Source of the DNA: Lepidodermella squamata
Taxonomy: Eukaryota; Animalia; Gastrotricha
NCBI GenBank assembly: GCA_047495785.1
Contig: JBLDXI010000009.1
Coordinates: forward strand, 2,046,001-2,110,000
Reading direction: 5' to 3'
Length of the DNA stretch: 64,000 nt
A program made the position numbers and the translations under genes. Position 1 is the first letter of the stretch, and each line of letters starts with the position of its first letter. The notes beneath the pieces are model-generated. The model was given only the letters and a program-made list of their open reading frames with translations, was not told the origin of the DNA and searched no databases. Positions 39,508 through 51,970 of the stretch are shown in pieces.

Positions 39508-40053
39508 TTTACTCGGAAATTTCTGGAAATAGGCGTAATAATTTGAAATTTGTAATTAGCAACAGTATCAATGAATCGCAATGATGCGTTCATTTTCTGA
39601 AAAATATTTGCTAGCGTATTTGTTTTTCAGATGTTCAGGCGTCAGTGCCTAGATTGCACTCCAACACCACTGTAAATTATTTTGCGTTCACGTATTTGTC
39701 GCACTTGTCACAGCTTATGCGTTCAAATCAGCGACATATACCGTCTTTTCACCATATATTATTTACCTAATCATTTTCACGTGCAAATAAAAACGCAAGT
39801 CATGGCAACGTGTTTCTTTATTACATCCGTCTTTCAAACTTTATAAAATAGGTTAAAACCTTCGCTCATGCGACTAGAGTTGGGCAGGCAATACTCATGA
39901 GTTGTTAAAATCGTGAAAGTTCAAACATTTCGATTTCACACGATCAACGCGACTAACTTCGATAGAAAAGGGTCTCAAAAATCGAGAAATAAAAGAAAGT
40001 TGTGAGAAAATATGGAAAGCTACTGGTTTGGACACTTTGATTTAACGCCGTCT

Positions 40054-41309
40054 TTAATGAGAACTCGGTAATCTTTTCGGCCGAACTTTTTCAAAATGAA
40101 ATTGAGATGGAAGCGGCGTAACTCTAGCAGGTGATGCCGATGACATGGAACCAAATACTTGAGTATAAGCATGCACAAAATTCCTTTGAGCAAATTCGTA
40201 AAAATCGTTTTCCATTCGCCAAATATGGCCAGCCATTTTCTTAAATTTCTCGATCGTCGCATTTGTCGGAGGCACTTTAGTCGTTGTTTTCCGCAGATGG
40301 TCACTGCCCATTTGGCCAGATTCCAGCAACTGAATCGCCCCAACAAAAAATCTAGGCAACAATGTTTCCATCAACCGGACGAAATGGCGAAGGTGTTCCA
40401 CCGAGCCAACTGCCAAATAGCGGCTGGCAAGATTCGCCTTGGCACGTTCCAAAGCCCATGGATTTCCTGGCTCCCAACATTCCATCGAATGACCACAGAA
40501 GAATGGTATCTACAAAATGCATTTTGAATTTTCTTGACAAATCTTGAGCTAGAAACGAACTAACCTGCTTCCATAAAAGCCTCGGTTCGCAATCTTTACC
40601 TTCCGCCGCGACGCACTCGTCAAAAGTGTCATTTTTGCCGGCCTTACGACGGCGAAGTCCTGGCCTAAAATCATCTCCATGGCGCAAGAAGTAGAAATAG
40701 CTGACCAATCTTTCGATGGGATCACGGACAACGTTGATGTAAACTGGGTGAATGTGAGAAAACTTGGCCAGTGTTCCTAATTGTTCGAAATCGATGTAAG
40801 CGAAATGTCCATGAAAAATGGCCGGATGCCGCTCTGTCCAGGTAGTCACATTTTGACAGAATTGGAGTTGATCATTCAGTGATAAAATGTGACTATTATG
40901 GGTGACGTTGACATGCACGACACTATACCGGTTTCTCGCCGCCAATGAATATGCGATGTTGGCAAACGTGGTACTCCCCGTCTTCGGGATGCGATTATAT
41001 ATAACAACCAAAGGCCCATCAGCCAGCTTATTCGGCTGTTGAAAAGAGGGAAATTTCGGGTTATTAATTTTTTGCTAAAATGTTTGCTTACTTTTCCTTT
41101 ATTCGTATCAACAGGGAAATTTATTGTTGAGCGGAACGTTGCCAGCTCAATATAACCGTCTGTTGGATAGATATAAAGTTTGCTTCAACACAAAACGTTG
41201 GCTACTTACTGCGAGCAGCCGAAAGCAGGAAGGCAAAGCTGACTAGTGAAATTCCAATGCAGCAAAAAAGACCCGCTTTTAGATAGGAACGCAAGAAACG
41301 TAGAGCCAT
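40054..41309 (-). CDS. HS2ST1: Heparan sulfate 2-O-sulfotransferase
   Basis: Type II anchor MALRFLRSYLKAGLFCCIGISLV; VIYNRIPKTGST, RDPIERLVSYFYFLRHGDDFRP, HLRKTT, WRMENDFYEFA, FHFEKVRP. Confidence 0.93.
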
Positions 41310-43528
41310 CAGTTAAATCATTGTAATAACCGCATCTCTAGGAAAAGTCAATATATAAAACGTTTTGAGTGATATGCGACGAAAAGCCCGGGTCTAGGAG
41401 CCAATGCCACCCTTTAAAAGCAGCTTTACTCATAAATTTACGGGTAAAAATGTGAAAACTTGAAAAAAATTATCATAATTTCATCCAGATGTTTCCCATC
41501 TGATTGACATTTAACTCATGGGCATAGAATGATAACCAGTAGCTGCGACCGGCGTTTCAGATGCAGCAAAAACAGATAATTCAACTCATACAAGTATCAA
41601 TTTTGACACGATCAGCATTTCAACTACTGACAGCTTCAGCTAAACGTTCTGGCTAGCCAGCTAAGGGTCTGGAAGGACAAATATTCAATACCCAATGTCT
41701 GATGTCAACCAGCAACAAGCCAGGTCAGGCCCGCCTTTCAGGAGCGCCTAAATATAGCGCTAAGCATTGGAATAGATAAAATCGTCCTTATCGTCATAAT
41801 ATTGCAATAAAAATGTCTAGGGCAACAGCTAAACGGTCTGGTTACATAGCTAAGGTTCTGGATGGATGAATTTTCAGTAACGAAAGCTGGTGGGTTTTCG
41901 GGTAGCGCCGGTGTATTCTAGCAAGCTGAAATCATGAAAAAGTGGGCAAATAAATAAAAAATATGGGTGCATAATGCTCCTTAGGTGTTTAGACCTTCAG
42001 ATAAAAGGTCTGGTTGACCACCAGACGGTCTGGCTTGAAGCCAAACGACGCCAGGGTATAGCTGGTAACATAGTAAAAGCTAAACTTTCCACATAACCAG
42101 GCGAAGCGCAAGTAAAAAAAGCGCAAGTTAGAAGACCTGATATCTTGTTTATCTACGAGAAAAGTCAGCAAAATGTAAGATTCAAGAAACTTCTAGCAGT
42201 GGGGACTGAAAGCTAACTTTGGCGTTGACCTGGGACAGTGAAAGTTCTAAACGTTGCTGTAGCAATGCAATTCGAGCAGAAAAACGACGAAAAACGCCAC
42301 CCGAGCTAATTAAATATATTATAGCTCAAAAAATTCGTCTCGCCGAGTTATATTTAAATAAATATGTATTTTTTCATGTACTGCCTCTAACTCGAGAAAA
42401 ACTCGTCTAAAGTGCTCGTCGCGTGCCGGGTACCCTGTCTCCCACTTTAACGCGGCATATCATTTGTTTGGAAACGACTTTTTGAGTAATTCTTTTCATT
42501 AGCCAACTTAGTTCGATCAGATATCTTTAGCTAAATCGACTTTGAGACCATAGCTCACCGGCTTCCCATTCTGGCTAAGTTCAGAGCTACCCGTTCTGGC
42601 TAACTTCAACGACCGGCGCGGTCGAGCCAAAAAATCGAACACACAAAAATCGAAAATGAATCCTGAATCCGTAGATTACCGGTCAATCGTCTTCAAACAT
42701 ATTAAACAAAATTTCAACCTATACTTTTAAACATTCTGAAAATGTTGTTTTTAATTGCGTATTTTTAGAATTTTACTTATCGAAAAGTTTTGAGGCAGCC
42801 GCGGTGTGGGGCTGTCACTCGCGCAGGATGCTGGATGCTGGTTTTTTTCTAAGGTTTCTCGGCTGTGACCCCCTGACTATGATCAGCTGAAGCCTGAAGC
42901 GGTGTTTAATCAAGACGCAGTAGGCTAACCGAGTTACCTTTTACGCGATTAATCTGTTGTCAAATACTGTTATACTGTAATATTTAATCCAGATAAAGAG
43001 TTCCGACCGGAAGTCCACTTACTGAATTTTCAGCTGATCTGATTTTTTTTTCGTTGGTGGTTGAAGGGAACTTTGCACTATTGGCTCTTATATTCCTCTT
43101 ATATTCCTTTTGCATTTATATGTATTTCACCGTCCCGCAGTCTTCGGTCGACCAGTGTGCAATGTGACCTGCGAATTAGGTTGCCATAGTAGAGTTTCAG
43201 GTTTCAGTCGATAGGATTCTCAATGTTTTGGTCTCATAAATTGTATCTGGTACTATCGCTTATCAACCTATCGGCAATCATCTTCGATGTTCTATCTTCT
43301 CCCGTCTCCCGTAGAAATAATCAGCCCTCACCGTTCGTGGTGATTAACCCCGCCCATCTTTAGCATGCAATTACGATGGTGATTGATTCTTAGCTGGAAA
43401 CTATGACAAACTTGGATCCAATATGTAATGCTCTTGACAAGAAATAATTTCCAAAAATACTGTTTGCTATAAATCAGTAACTTCATCTAACTGTCTTCCC
43501 GTTGCTAGACCTTTTAAGTTACTTTAAA

Positions 43529-44078
43529 ATGTCGTCTGCTCTGTTGTGGGAAATCCTTCGCAACCGCTCCTCTTTCCTAATGAGGGCGAAGGGAGCTTCG
43601 TGCACATTCTCTCGCGTACGTTCAACATACTCTAGCATCGAATCAGCCTAAGTTTTTAAATTTCATTTATAAGGAACCGTGCAACTTGAAGAACAAGAAC
43701 ACTTATCAATACAGCGGTCTTGTTCACTCCAAGGCTGTTGGCGTCGAAGTCACCAAGGACAAGAAGGGTGCTCGCAAGGGCGTTGTCATTGTCACTCGCC
43801 GTCGTGGAGGTTTGTTTAGCATCAACATTAATGTTCATTGTAATCGCTCATTTTTATCAGCTGCTCGCAAGCCCATCAGGTCTGTCAACCGCGTTGAATT
43901 TACCCGCAACTCTCGTCGCACCATGAAGGCCATCAAGTCTCTCACCAAGAAGAACCATTACCGTTCTGACTTGACCTCAGCCGCTCTCCGCCGCGCTAGT
44001 GCCCTCCTCCGCAGCCAGAAGGCCTCAGTGTCGAAGAAGGCGACCAAGGGCAAGACGACTGCTGCCAAGTCGAAGTAA
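43529..44078 (+). CDS. RPL28: 60S ribosomal protein L28 (eL28)
   Basis: MSSALLWEILRNRSSFLM...FSREPCNLKNKNTYQYSGL...YRSDLTSAALRRASALLRSQK; two short introns. Confidence 0.95.
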
Positions 44079-44266
44079 ATTCATGCCTACAGCCGAGGTG
44101 AAATAGAAGGCGCTATTCTTGAGTTATTAATAAAAAGGAGAGAGCAATGATCGATACGCAAACATTCGGCCAAACTTGATTCTATTCCACACTTTCTTAT
44201 CTATTCTAGATATTTGTTGATAAGTGACTTGTCTGGTTATTATTTATATTTGTCTTCATCGTTTCA

Positions 44267-46322
44267 ATGGATTTCAAAAAGTTCGCCTCGAACGCCGCTC
44301 ACAAGTTGAGTCGCGTGGTCCAAATGACGGAGGAGAAACTCGGCCACGGCGAGCGGACAGAGTACGACCCGGAATTTATGGCTTTATGTAGCGCGGCTGA
44401 TCGTACTCGCGAATGGACTGAAAGATTAATCGCTCATACCGAAGCTGTTTTACAACCCAACCCCGGTACCCGCCTTCAGGTCCTCATTCAAGAAAAGCTA
44501 GACCGGCCCGTTGAGAACTTGATTGAGGTCGAGCGGCTAGCTGATGTGATGGCAGCTGCCGGTGCTGAGTACGGCTCACAGACCCCTTACGGTTAGCTTT
44601 ATTATTGGCGATTTAGTTCATTAACGCGCGAGACGATTTTCGGTCCAGTTTTATGAGGGATATTCGTCATTATATTTAGGCTCGCCGCCTCTCACTCAAT
44701 TATTATTGCGAATCCTATTTTTTGAGAAATCGTTATGATTTGCAATATACGTAGTTAGTATAAGCGCCACACTTGCCGGTCTCGCGATCGGAGAGTTATT
44801 TGTTTCGGCCGAATTTTCATCATCGCATCGACGGTGCGTTCTTTTATGCTAAAGCGCTATGTTCTCCTGCCTTCGCGCGTTTCCGCCTCGTGCGTAGAAC
44901 AAACACAACCAAATGTTGTGCAAATTGAACATTCCTTTTCATCGTCGAAATTTTTCATCGAATCGAAATAACTACATTCGCATTATTGCAACACTATTAT
45001 TACTACTACTGCTTTTCACGGCTAGTATGTGATGTATGTCCGCACACTTTATATGGATATGTAGAGTGGCCGACGCACAGAGACAAATTGCCATGTATAA
45101 AATTTGCGCGCGTAATTTTTATTCGAAGTATTGATCTAAACTGAATGCGCCCCTTTTGAAGCCGGCAATGATGATGACGATGATGATGATGATGATGATG
45201 AAAGCATGTGCTCTGTAATTTTAAAAGCTCTTGCTAATAATGCCGTCCCTTACGCGAGCGCGATGGTAATTTTTTGTATACACAAGCTGACATTGATTCG
45301 TCGTCAAATGCCGATGATTTTTACGATGCGAAATTCACAATGAGCTACGCACTCTCAATATAAAAGTCGAAAGACTATATTTATTTACGAGGGGAAGAGG
45401 AAAAGCACTCTTGGGATAGATTACTTGACATAATCGTGAAATATGAGGCCGATTATCGGCCTGAAGTACACCTATATTTTTGTTTACTCAACGATTTTCT
45501 TTTTACCCCAGGCGCTGCGCTTGGACGTGTAGCGAATGCCGAGCGGGAACTCGGACGAGTGCATCGTAATTACATGTCGGCTACAAATACCAGCTTTTTG
45601 GTTCCGTTGAAGGCGTTTCTAGATGGAGACATGAAAAACATTGAGAAAGAACGCAAAACTCTAGAAGAACGTCGTCTTGATTTGGACGCGTGTAAAAATC
45701 GTCTACGCAAAGCTCGTATTCAGTCGCAGCAGTCTAATGTTGTCTCGGAGGTGCTGGGTCAGACCGAAAATGAGGTGCGGATCGCCCAGGCGGAGTTTGA
45801 TAAGCAGTTGGAGTTGACTAAACTTCTCATGGAAAGTCTCTCCACCGCACATACCTACCATTTGCGGTGTCTTCATGACTTCATCGAAAGTCAATATCAG
45901 TATTTCTCAGAGTCGACACGCGTTATGGGTGAACTACAGCGACAAATGACAAGGTAATGAGACAAAAACTTTTTTTTTAGCTCTCAAGCTACGAAAGAGA
46001 TCACTTGTCGTTAGTCACCTTAATGCCATCCGGAGGGTAGAAAAACGATGTTTTACCGGAATTAATTTAGCAGACATTTCTATCTAAAAGAAAGAGTGTA
46101 CCTGATACTTGTTAAATTTGGGAAATTTGATATTTACATTTTTAAGTATATCTCATATTTCGGCTTAATTATTGATCAAAACCCTGATAATCAAATATTA
46201 GCTTTTTGTGGTCATGTGTTCTTAATATTCATTTTTATTCCAATTATTTTTCTAGTCTCGGTCTCAGCGCCGGCAACAGTCTAGCGCCGCCACCGAACGC
46301 AATGGGCGGCGGGATGTTCTAG
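44267..46322 (+). CDS. SH3GLB1: Endophilin B N-BAR protein, apparently without SH3 domain
   Basis: MDFKKFASNAAHKLSRVVQMTEEKLGHGERTEYD, VLQPNP, RRLDLDACKNRL, AQAEFDKQLELTKLL; exons 44267-44591, 45512-45953, 46256-46322. Confidence 0.85.
45168..45200. repeat. (GAT)n microsatellite in endophilin B intron 1
   Basis: atgatgatgacgatgatgatgatgatgatgatg. Confidence 0.85.
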
Positions 46323-47369
46323 TCAAACAACTTGATAAATCGGTGTCCTAGCTTAAAATCTCTAGAAAAATTATTTCTCGTTGACATTTCGTTCGTGGCG
46401 TACGGACAATAATTTTCGATATGTAAAACACGGCTATCGACCAACTTTACAACCGTCAGAAAGTATTAAACTTGTATCCGCCCGCGCCGCCGATCATTTG
46501 AGTATGCCGCTGTATAAATAATTTATTACTGAGCGAGCAAAAAACTATTCTCACCTTGTTTGCCAATTGCTTGTTGCGTGATATTATGTCGATCTGTTTT
46601 AATCACTCCAGTAGCGCTGATCTCGAGCGATTTCCGGCCCAGTCATAATGCACCCGTTTACTTACTCACAAATCAATTTAGTTATATCGAAAACCAATAG
46701 CGCGAATCTGGTCACAGAGGGTGGCAAGTGAAATGGTGAATAGCTCTTCTTATTTTGTTATTTATTTATTTACATCGATGTTTTACTGTGTACAAAGCAA
46801 CTAACGAAGTATGAGCGATTATTTTTGTCGTCAAATTAGAAGGTGGTGCAATTGTTAGATGGTATTGTGCAATTTTATCTGTCGATGTGATTATCAATTT
46901 TAATGAGAAATGGTGAAAAGGTTGTCTCGGCCCTCGCGCATCTCACTCCATTGCCGTTGTCATTTTCCAATTTGTGATAGTCGTCTTCTCTTGGTATCAA
47001 ACTAGTCGAAACATACTGCCTGCTTTTTTTGTTCAAGACGTATTGCGACGGTCTGATTTGTTTTATTTGTGTCAAAATGTTGAGAAAATTGAAAAACGAG
47101 AGAAAAGTAATGAAATTGAAGCTAAAATTATAGTTATACAAATCGCTGGTGGTTTGCTTCTGGAGATGGTTGACAACGTTTCCACTTATTTACAAAGAAA
47201 TCTCATAGCCTGTTTTTCTTTTCTCTGGTCTCGATGTTTGTTATTTATTAAATTGTCGGCTGATATATAATGCATTTAAATAAAATAAGATGCTCTCTTG
47301 ATCAGCATTGTCTTTTGTCGAAACGTGAAAAATTAACGGAATTTAACACTTTTCTTAGTAATTATCAAA

Positions 47370-47915
47370 ATGTCGGTCACTTTGCACACGGATTTGGGGG
47401 ATATCAAGATCGAGTTATTCGTTTCGTTTTGCCCGCGGACTTGCGAAAATTTCCTGGCATTATGCGCATCTGACTACTACAACAACTGCCTTTTCCATCG
47501 CAATATCAAAGGTTTCATGGTGCAAACCGGCGACCCGACAGGAACTGGAAAGGGCGGGCAAAGTATCTGGGGTAGCGATTTTCCAGACGAAATTATGGAA
47601 CACGTGAAACATAGCGATCGAGGTTGCGTGTCAATGGCCAACCGCGGCAAAGATACAAATCGGTCTCAATTTTTCATTACTTACGCAGCAGCGCCTCATT
47701 TGGATGGGTAAGAGCGCTTCATAATTTCGAAATTTTCGTTAATTGATGATCTTTTCTCCAGAAAATACACCACATTTGGTCATGTGATAGATGGATTCGA
47801 TACTCTCGACGCTTTGGAACGGCTTGAGGTCGATGCAAAGCATCGTCCGAAAATGGATACCAGAATTCAAGAAGTTACTATTCATGCCAACCCGGTTGCA
47901 ATGTTGTCTGGTTGA
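47370..47915 (+). CDS. PPIL3: Cyclophilin-type PPIase-like 3
   Basis: MSVTLHTDLGDIKIE, ENFLALCASDYY, FHRNIKGFMVQTGDP, C-terminal VTIHANP; one intron. Confidence 0.95.
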
Positions 47916-48036
47916 AAAATGTACCAGCTCAATCCTTATCTGCCTTTCTTTTTTTACATCTGCTGAATTTCGACAATGATAACAGAACTTTGTTTGACTG
48001 TTCATTTTCTGATATTTTAGACCTTTTCAAGTTGAG

Positions 48037-48743
48037 ATGACTGCAGGAAATGTGTCTCATGGCACTTTGCGGCCATTGGAGCTGCTGTACGTTCTGTATC
48101 CGGATGGTGACTTGGTTGGATATGTTCTGGCTTGGGCTTCAATTTTGCCAATATTTGCCTTCGTCTCCTGCGTCGTTTTGACAATTTTCGCTCGCAGCAA
48201 ATCTGCGGCACACTTGGGTATGAAAATCCGCTATTAATTAAACTACTAGTTCACTTTTTTCGCGATATTTCAGTCGCCGGACAGTTGGTTTCTGAAGTCA
48301 TGAATCAAATTCTGAAGAAAATAATCCGCCAACCAAGACCAAGTCCGTTTCAATCATTGACCGAAGCCCAATCATGCATGTGGCGCAGTGATTCAAAAAC
48401 CGGAGGTAAATTGCTATTATTAAGGTGGATTTTATGAAAATCGAAATTGTTCTCAGGAATGCCGAGCGATCACTGTCAATATATGGCCTTCCTTGCCGCT
48501 TATTGCTTCTTCCGATTTCCTAAGAAAAGTCTCGCCCTAACGATTTTGTTCCCAATGGCATTTATCACTGCTGTAAGCCGGGTCTACCTGTCCTATCACA
48601 CGGTCCCACAAGTGCTAGCCGGTCTCCTCGTCGGCGCTATTCTCGGTTTCATCTGGACTGTTGTGCGCCGCTGGACCTACCCAATTACTTCCTGGTGCTT
48701 GCAGATTGCCTGCATATTTCTGCCTGAATTCAAGCTCAATTGA
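48037..48743 (+). CDS. DOLPP1: Dolichyldiphosphatase 1 (PAP2 family)
   Basis: YVLYPDGDLVG...SILP, LKKIIRQPRP, GMPSDH, SRVYLSYHTVPQV; two introns. Confidence 0.9.
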
Positions 48744-48900
48744 ATCTCATTTCTGCTGAGACTCGGAACTAATATTATTATAATATATTGCCAAAATTTT
48801 GTTGTTCTACCTGCTGAAAACAACTGAAAATTACTATGGTATTAATCGAAGCTGCAGTGATTAGAAATTTTAATTTATGGTTTTTGAATTAGAGTTTTAA

Positions 48901-49418
48901 ATGAGTGAATCAGCAGGATCTTCCGAGCCCCCTAAACGTGACTCCTCAAGTTCAGGTGCTTCGAAATCGGACACAACTCATGGCGAAGATTTCAATGCCT
49001 CAGCTGTTTTCGGCCGCGGTCTCGTCTCATGCATTGTTCCTATGGTGAATGCTATCGATTCTTCGGTTAACGGTGTTCGCAGTGCTCAAGTCGAGTTGTC
49101 CCGTCAGTTGCAAACACTGTCGGAAAACCTTCGCCGAACTCAGGATTCCGAGGCTCGCGGCCCAGATCTGGACGTGTATGCTCGCCGTCTTCAAAATTGC
49201 CGTCGCAGGTTTGGCGAACATTTATTAAAATCGCCTGATTTTTAGTTGGATTTATTTTCAGGTTGATGGTGACTGGAACGCTGTTGAATAACATTCAATC
49301 GAGAATGAGCCGTTTACAGACTCAGGGCCGCAAGTTGAATGAATTGTCGCAACAGCAGCAGAGATCTCGATCTCCGTCGCAGTCAGCAGCTAGTGGTGGC
49401 TTGTTAGCCGGCACCTGA
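48901..49418 (+). CDS. SNAPIN: SNAPIN / BLOC-1 subunit 7
   Basis: GLVSCIVPMVNAIDSSVNGVRSAQVELSRQL, PDLDVYARRLQNCRRRL...LNNIQSRMSRL. Confidence 0.85.
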
Positions 49419-49689
49419 TTAATTAACCCGACTGATTAAAAATTCACCGATTTTCTCCGTGTCTAATTTATATGTGCAATCAAACGTGTTGATCAAATGT
49501 CCGTTTTTTTAATGGTCGATAGAAAATTTGTAACGCAAAAAAATAAATACAACGGAGCTTTCCTAGCGAAATGTCACACGATCCAGTCAAAGGTATTGAA
49601 ACATGGCTTGCCGCTTGCAGAATGAAGCTTGCGAACAGACGCAGTTTTAACTGAGCTGAAATTTCATTGCAGAAAAAGGGTTGTTGAAA

Positions 49690-51806
49690 ATGTTTGGGAA
49701 AGTGCTCGGGGGCAAGCCGAAGCAAAGCGCGGCGAAACCGGCCGATTTAACGCTAAATCTCACACAGCCTGTGAATCAAAGTGTAAATCAAACACCACTA
49801 CAACCTTCAGCGTTACAGCCGAATATACCCATGGCCCGGGCAGCGGCTCCTCAGACGTTCATTCCACCTCAACAAGTCCCCCAGCAACAAAAGGCCATCA
49901 CTATCACTCAGCCTAGGGTTCAATTCATTCTGCGACTGATACTTTCACAACCTCATTCACCGCTTGTGATTCGACGTGACTTGGTTCTTGATTACCCGTT
50001 GGAGCCGCGAGCATATGATCAGGTCATGTACATGGCCGACACAATAGTTCAAAATTGCACCTCGGTCCGGGTGAGTCTAAATGACACCCTGGGAGCACCC
50101 GCGCCCCGAATGCCGCCGGTTGAGATCGTGGTCAATCTCGGCGGTCGCATTCTTCCGATTCGATCGCAGGTGGATTTAAAGAAGGCCGTCGACTTGTTCT
50201 TCCTGCGGCGGTCAGCCGATCCGCAAACGCAGATTACCGAACTTCGCGTTCGAATAGCCTGTCCGCCGTCATCTCTTGACATAGTTCAGCCTCGACTTGC
50301 GATCGAGGGTGTCCAGGTGATAGAACTCGCGAGCACCGCACCGCAAGAGCGCGATTTTGCAGCGATGACTCCGGCTGTCATTCCGAATCGCAATTCAGCC
50401 ATGACCCCGGCCTCGCCTATGACCCCTGACAGCGTTACAGCACGCTTTGTTGCAGAACCAAGTCGTTCCAGGGGGCATTCGGGAGAGGACGATCTAGCTT
50501 CAGAAATATATGGCCAACGTACCTCATGGAATATAGGTAGAACCACTGGCACAGCCTCCTTAAAAAGGCAAGGATTTCGATAAAAAATCCTCTGGATTAA
50601 AACATCTCTCTTGAACAGTGTTGCAAGCTCCTTAGGAGGGCGCGCGCAGTCGTCGTGTTGCTCAGGACGCGGCGAGTCAATCAGCTCTTCAACATCATGT
50701 AACACTTTTTTGTAGTAAACGGCACATTTCTTACTTTTCATCTGTAGCCACTCCTGACGGCCGCTCCCAAATGGCAAGGTCGATAGTGTCGCGATTAAGC
50801 CGCTACGAACCGCCTATTGGCCGTGGGGCGTTCGGAACTGTCTACCGCTGTGTCGATCGCGACACTGGCTGTCAATATGCGTTGAAAATTGTCGCTATGA
50901 ACACCGAAGATACTTCATGCTTAACCCGACTGCTCACCATGTTTGACGAGGAAGGTAAAAACAATACCCCAACAGCAATAGCAGAACCCTTATTTTTTCG
51001 AATTTTCAGTCCAAGTAATGTCTGGTCTACGTCATCATCACATCATAAAATATTTCGGATCGGTTGTCAGTAACGAAAACCTATACATAGTGATGGAATT
51101 TATGCCATCAGGATCTATTCGGGATTTTATAAGCCAAATAGGTCGTCTTGGAGAGGTGATGACGCGCAGATTTGCCCGCCAAGCCCTATCAGGTTTGGAA
51201 TATTTACATCGGCACAGGGTCGCCCACCTTGATTTGAGATGCTCAAATTTGCTTTACGATCAAAATGGGAAGCTTAAAATTACCGACTTTGGATGCTCTC
51301 GAATGCTCTCCGACATTGTTACAGCAGGGGGCACTAAAACAACTGCCCCAGTTCAACATGCGTTAGTTTTTCATGCAAGCTGAACAACTTAGATTAATTA
51401 TCTGTTACCTAGACCAATGTCGCCGGGTGAAGTAGCTATGGCTCCAGCGTATTGGCTCAGCCCTGAAGTAGCAATAGGTGCTACTTCACTAGTCAGCGCT
51501 CGGGTTATGCCCGAAAATTTCTGGCAACTTACAGCAGCCGATATTTGGTCATTTGGTTGCGTCATCGTTGAAATGATCACCGAATGGCCGCCGTTTTTCG
51601 ACCCCGCTAATCCGAATCGCGACGAGCTAGAGGTGCTGATTGCTGTGGGCTGCGCGACCTATCCGAAGTTCACGCTGCCTGAAAATAGTTCACCTGAACT
51701 GGTCAATTTGTTGCAGCGAATCTTCGTCCGCGATCTAGGCATCAGGCCCCCTGCTAAGGATTTGAAGGATCACCCGTTCTTCCGCCACCACGTCACAGAT
51801 CCATGA
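49690..51806 (+). CDS. MEKK2/3-like MAP3K (PB1-like domain plus divergent STE kinase)
   Basis: PB1-like ILPIRSQVDLKKAVDLF; kinase IGRGAFGTVYRCVDRDTG, ALK, MEFMPSGSIRD, HLDLRCSN, DFGCS, YWLSPE, ADIWSFGC; four ~50-nt introns, one GC-AG. Confidence 0.8.
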
Positions 51807-51970
51807 AAACTACAGGATAGGATAAATGTTTGATTTGTAGCTTTTATATATTAATTTTATTGATGGCTGATATTCTGAGGTCTGCGCGCATACTCGTATG
51901 AAAAAATGTGTATGTGATTTGTAATAAGTTTTTTGCCGGGGTCGTATGTGTTGGCGAAAAAAAATCGCAT

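Noticed and set aside
45161-45265. Poly-Asp cassette exon in endophilin B intron 1
   Set aside because: Available donors give phase 0 or 2 whereas the next exon needs phase 1; treated as a microsatellite.
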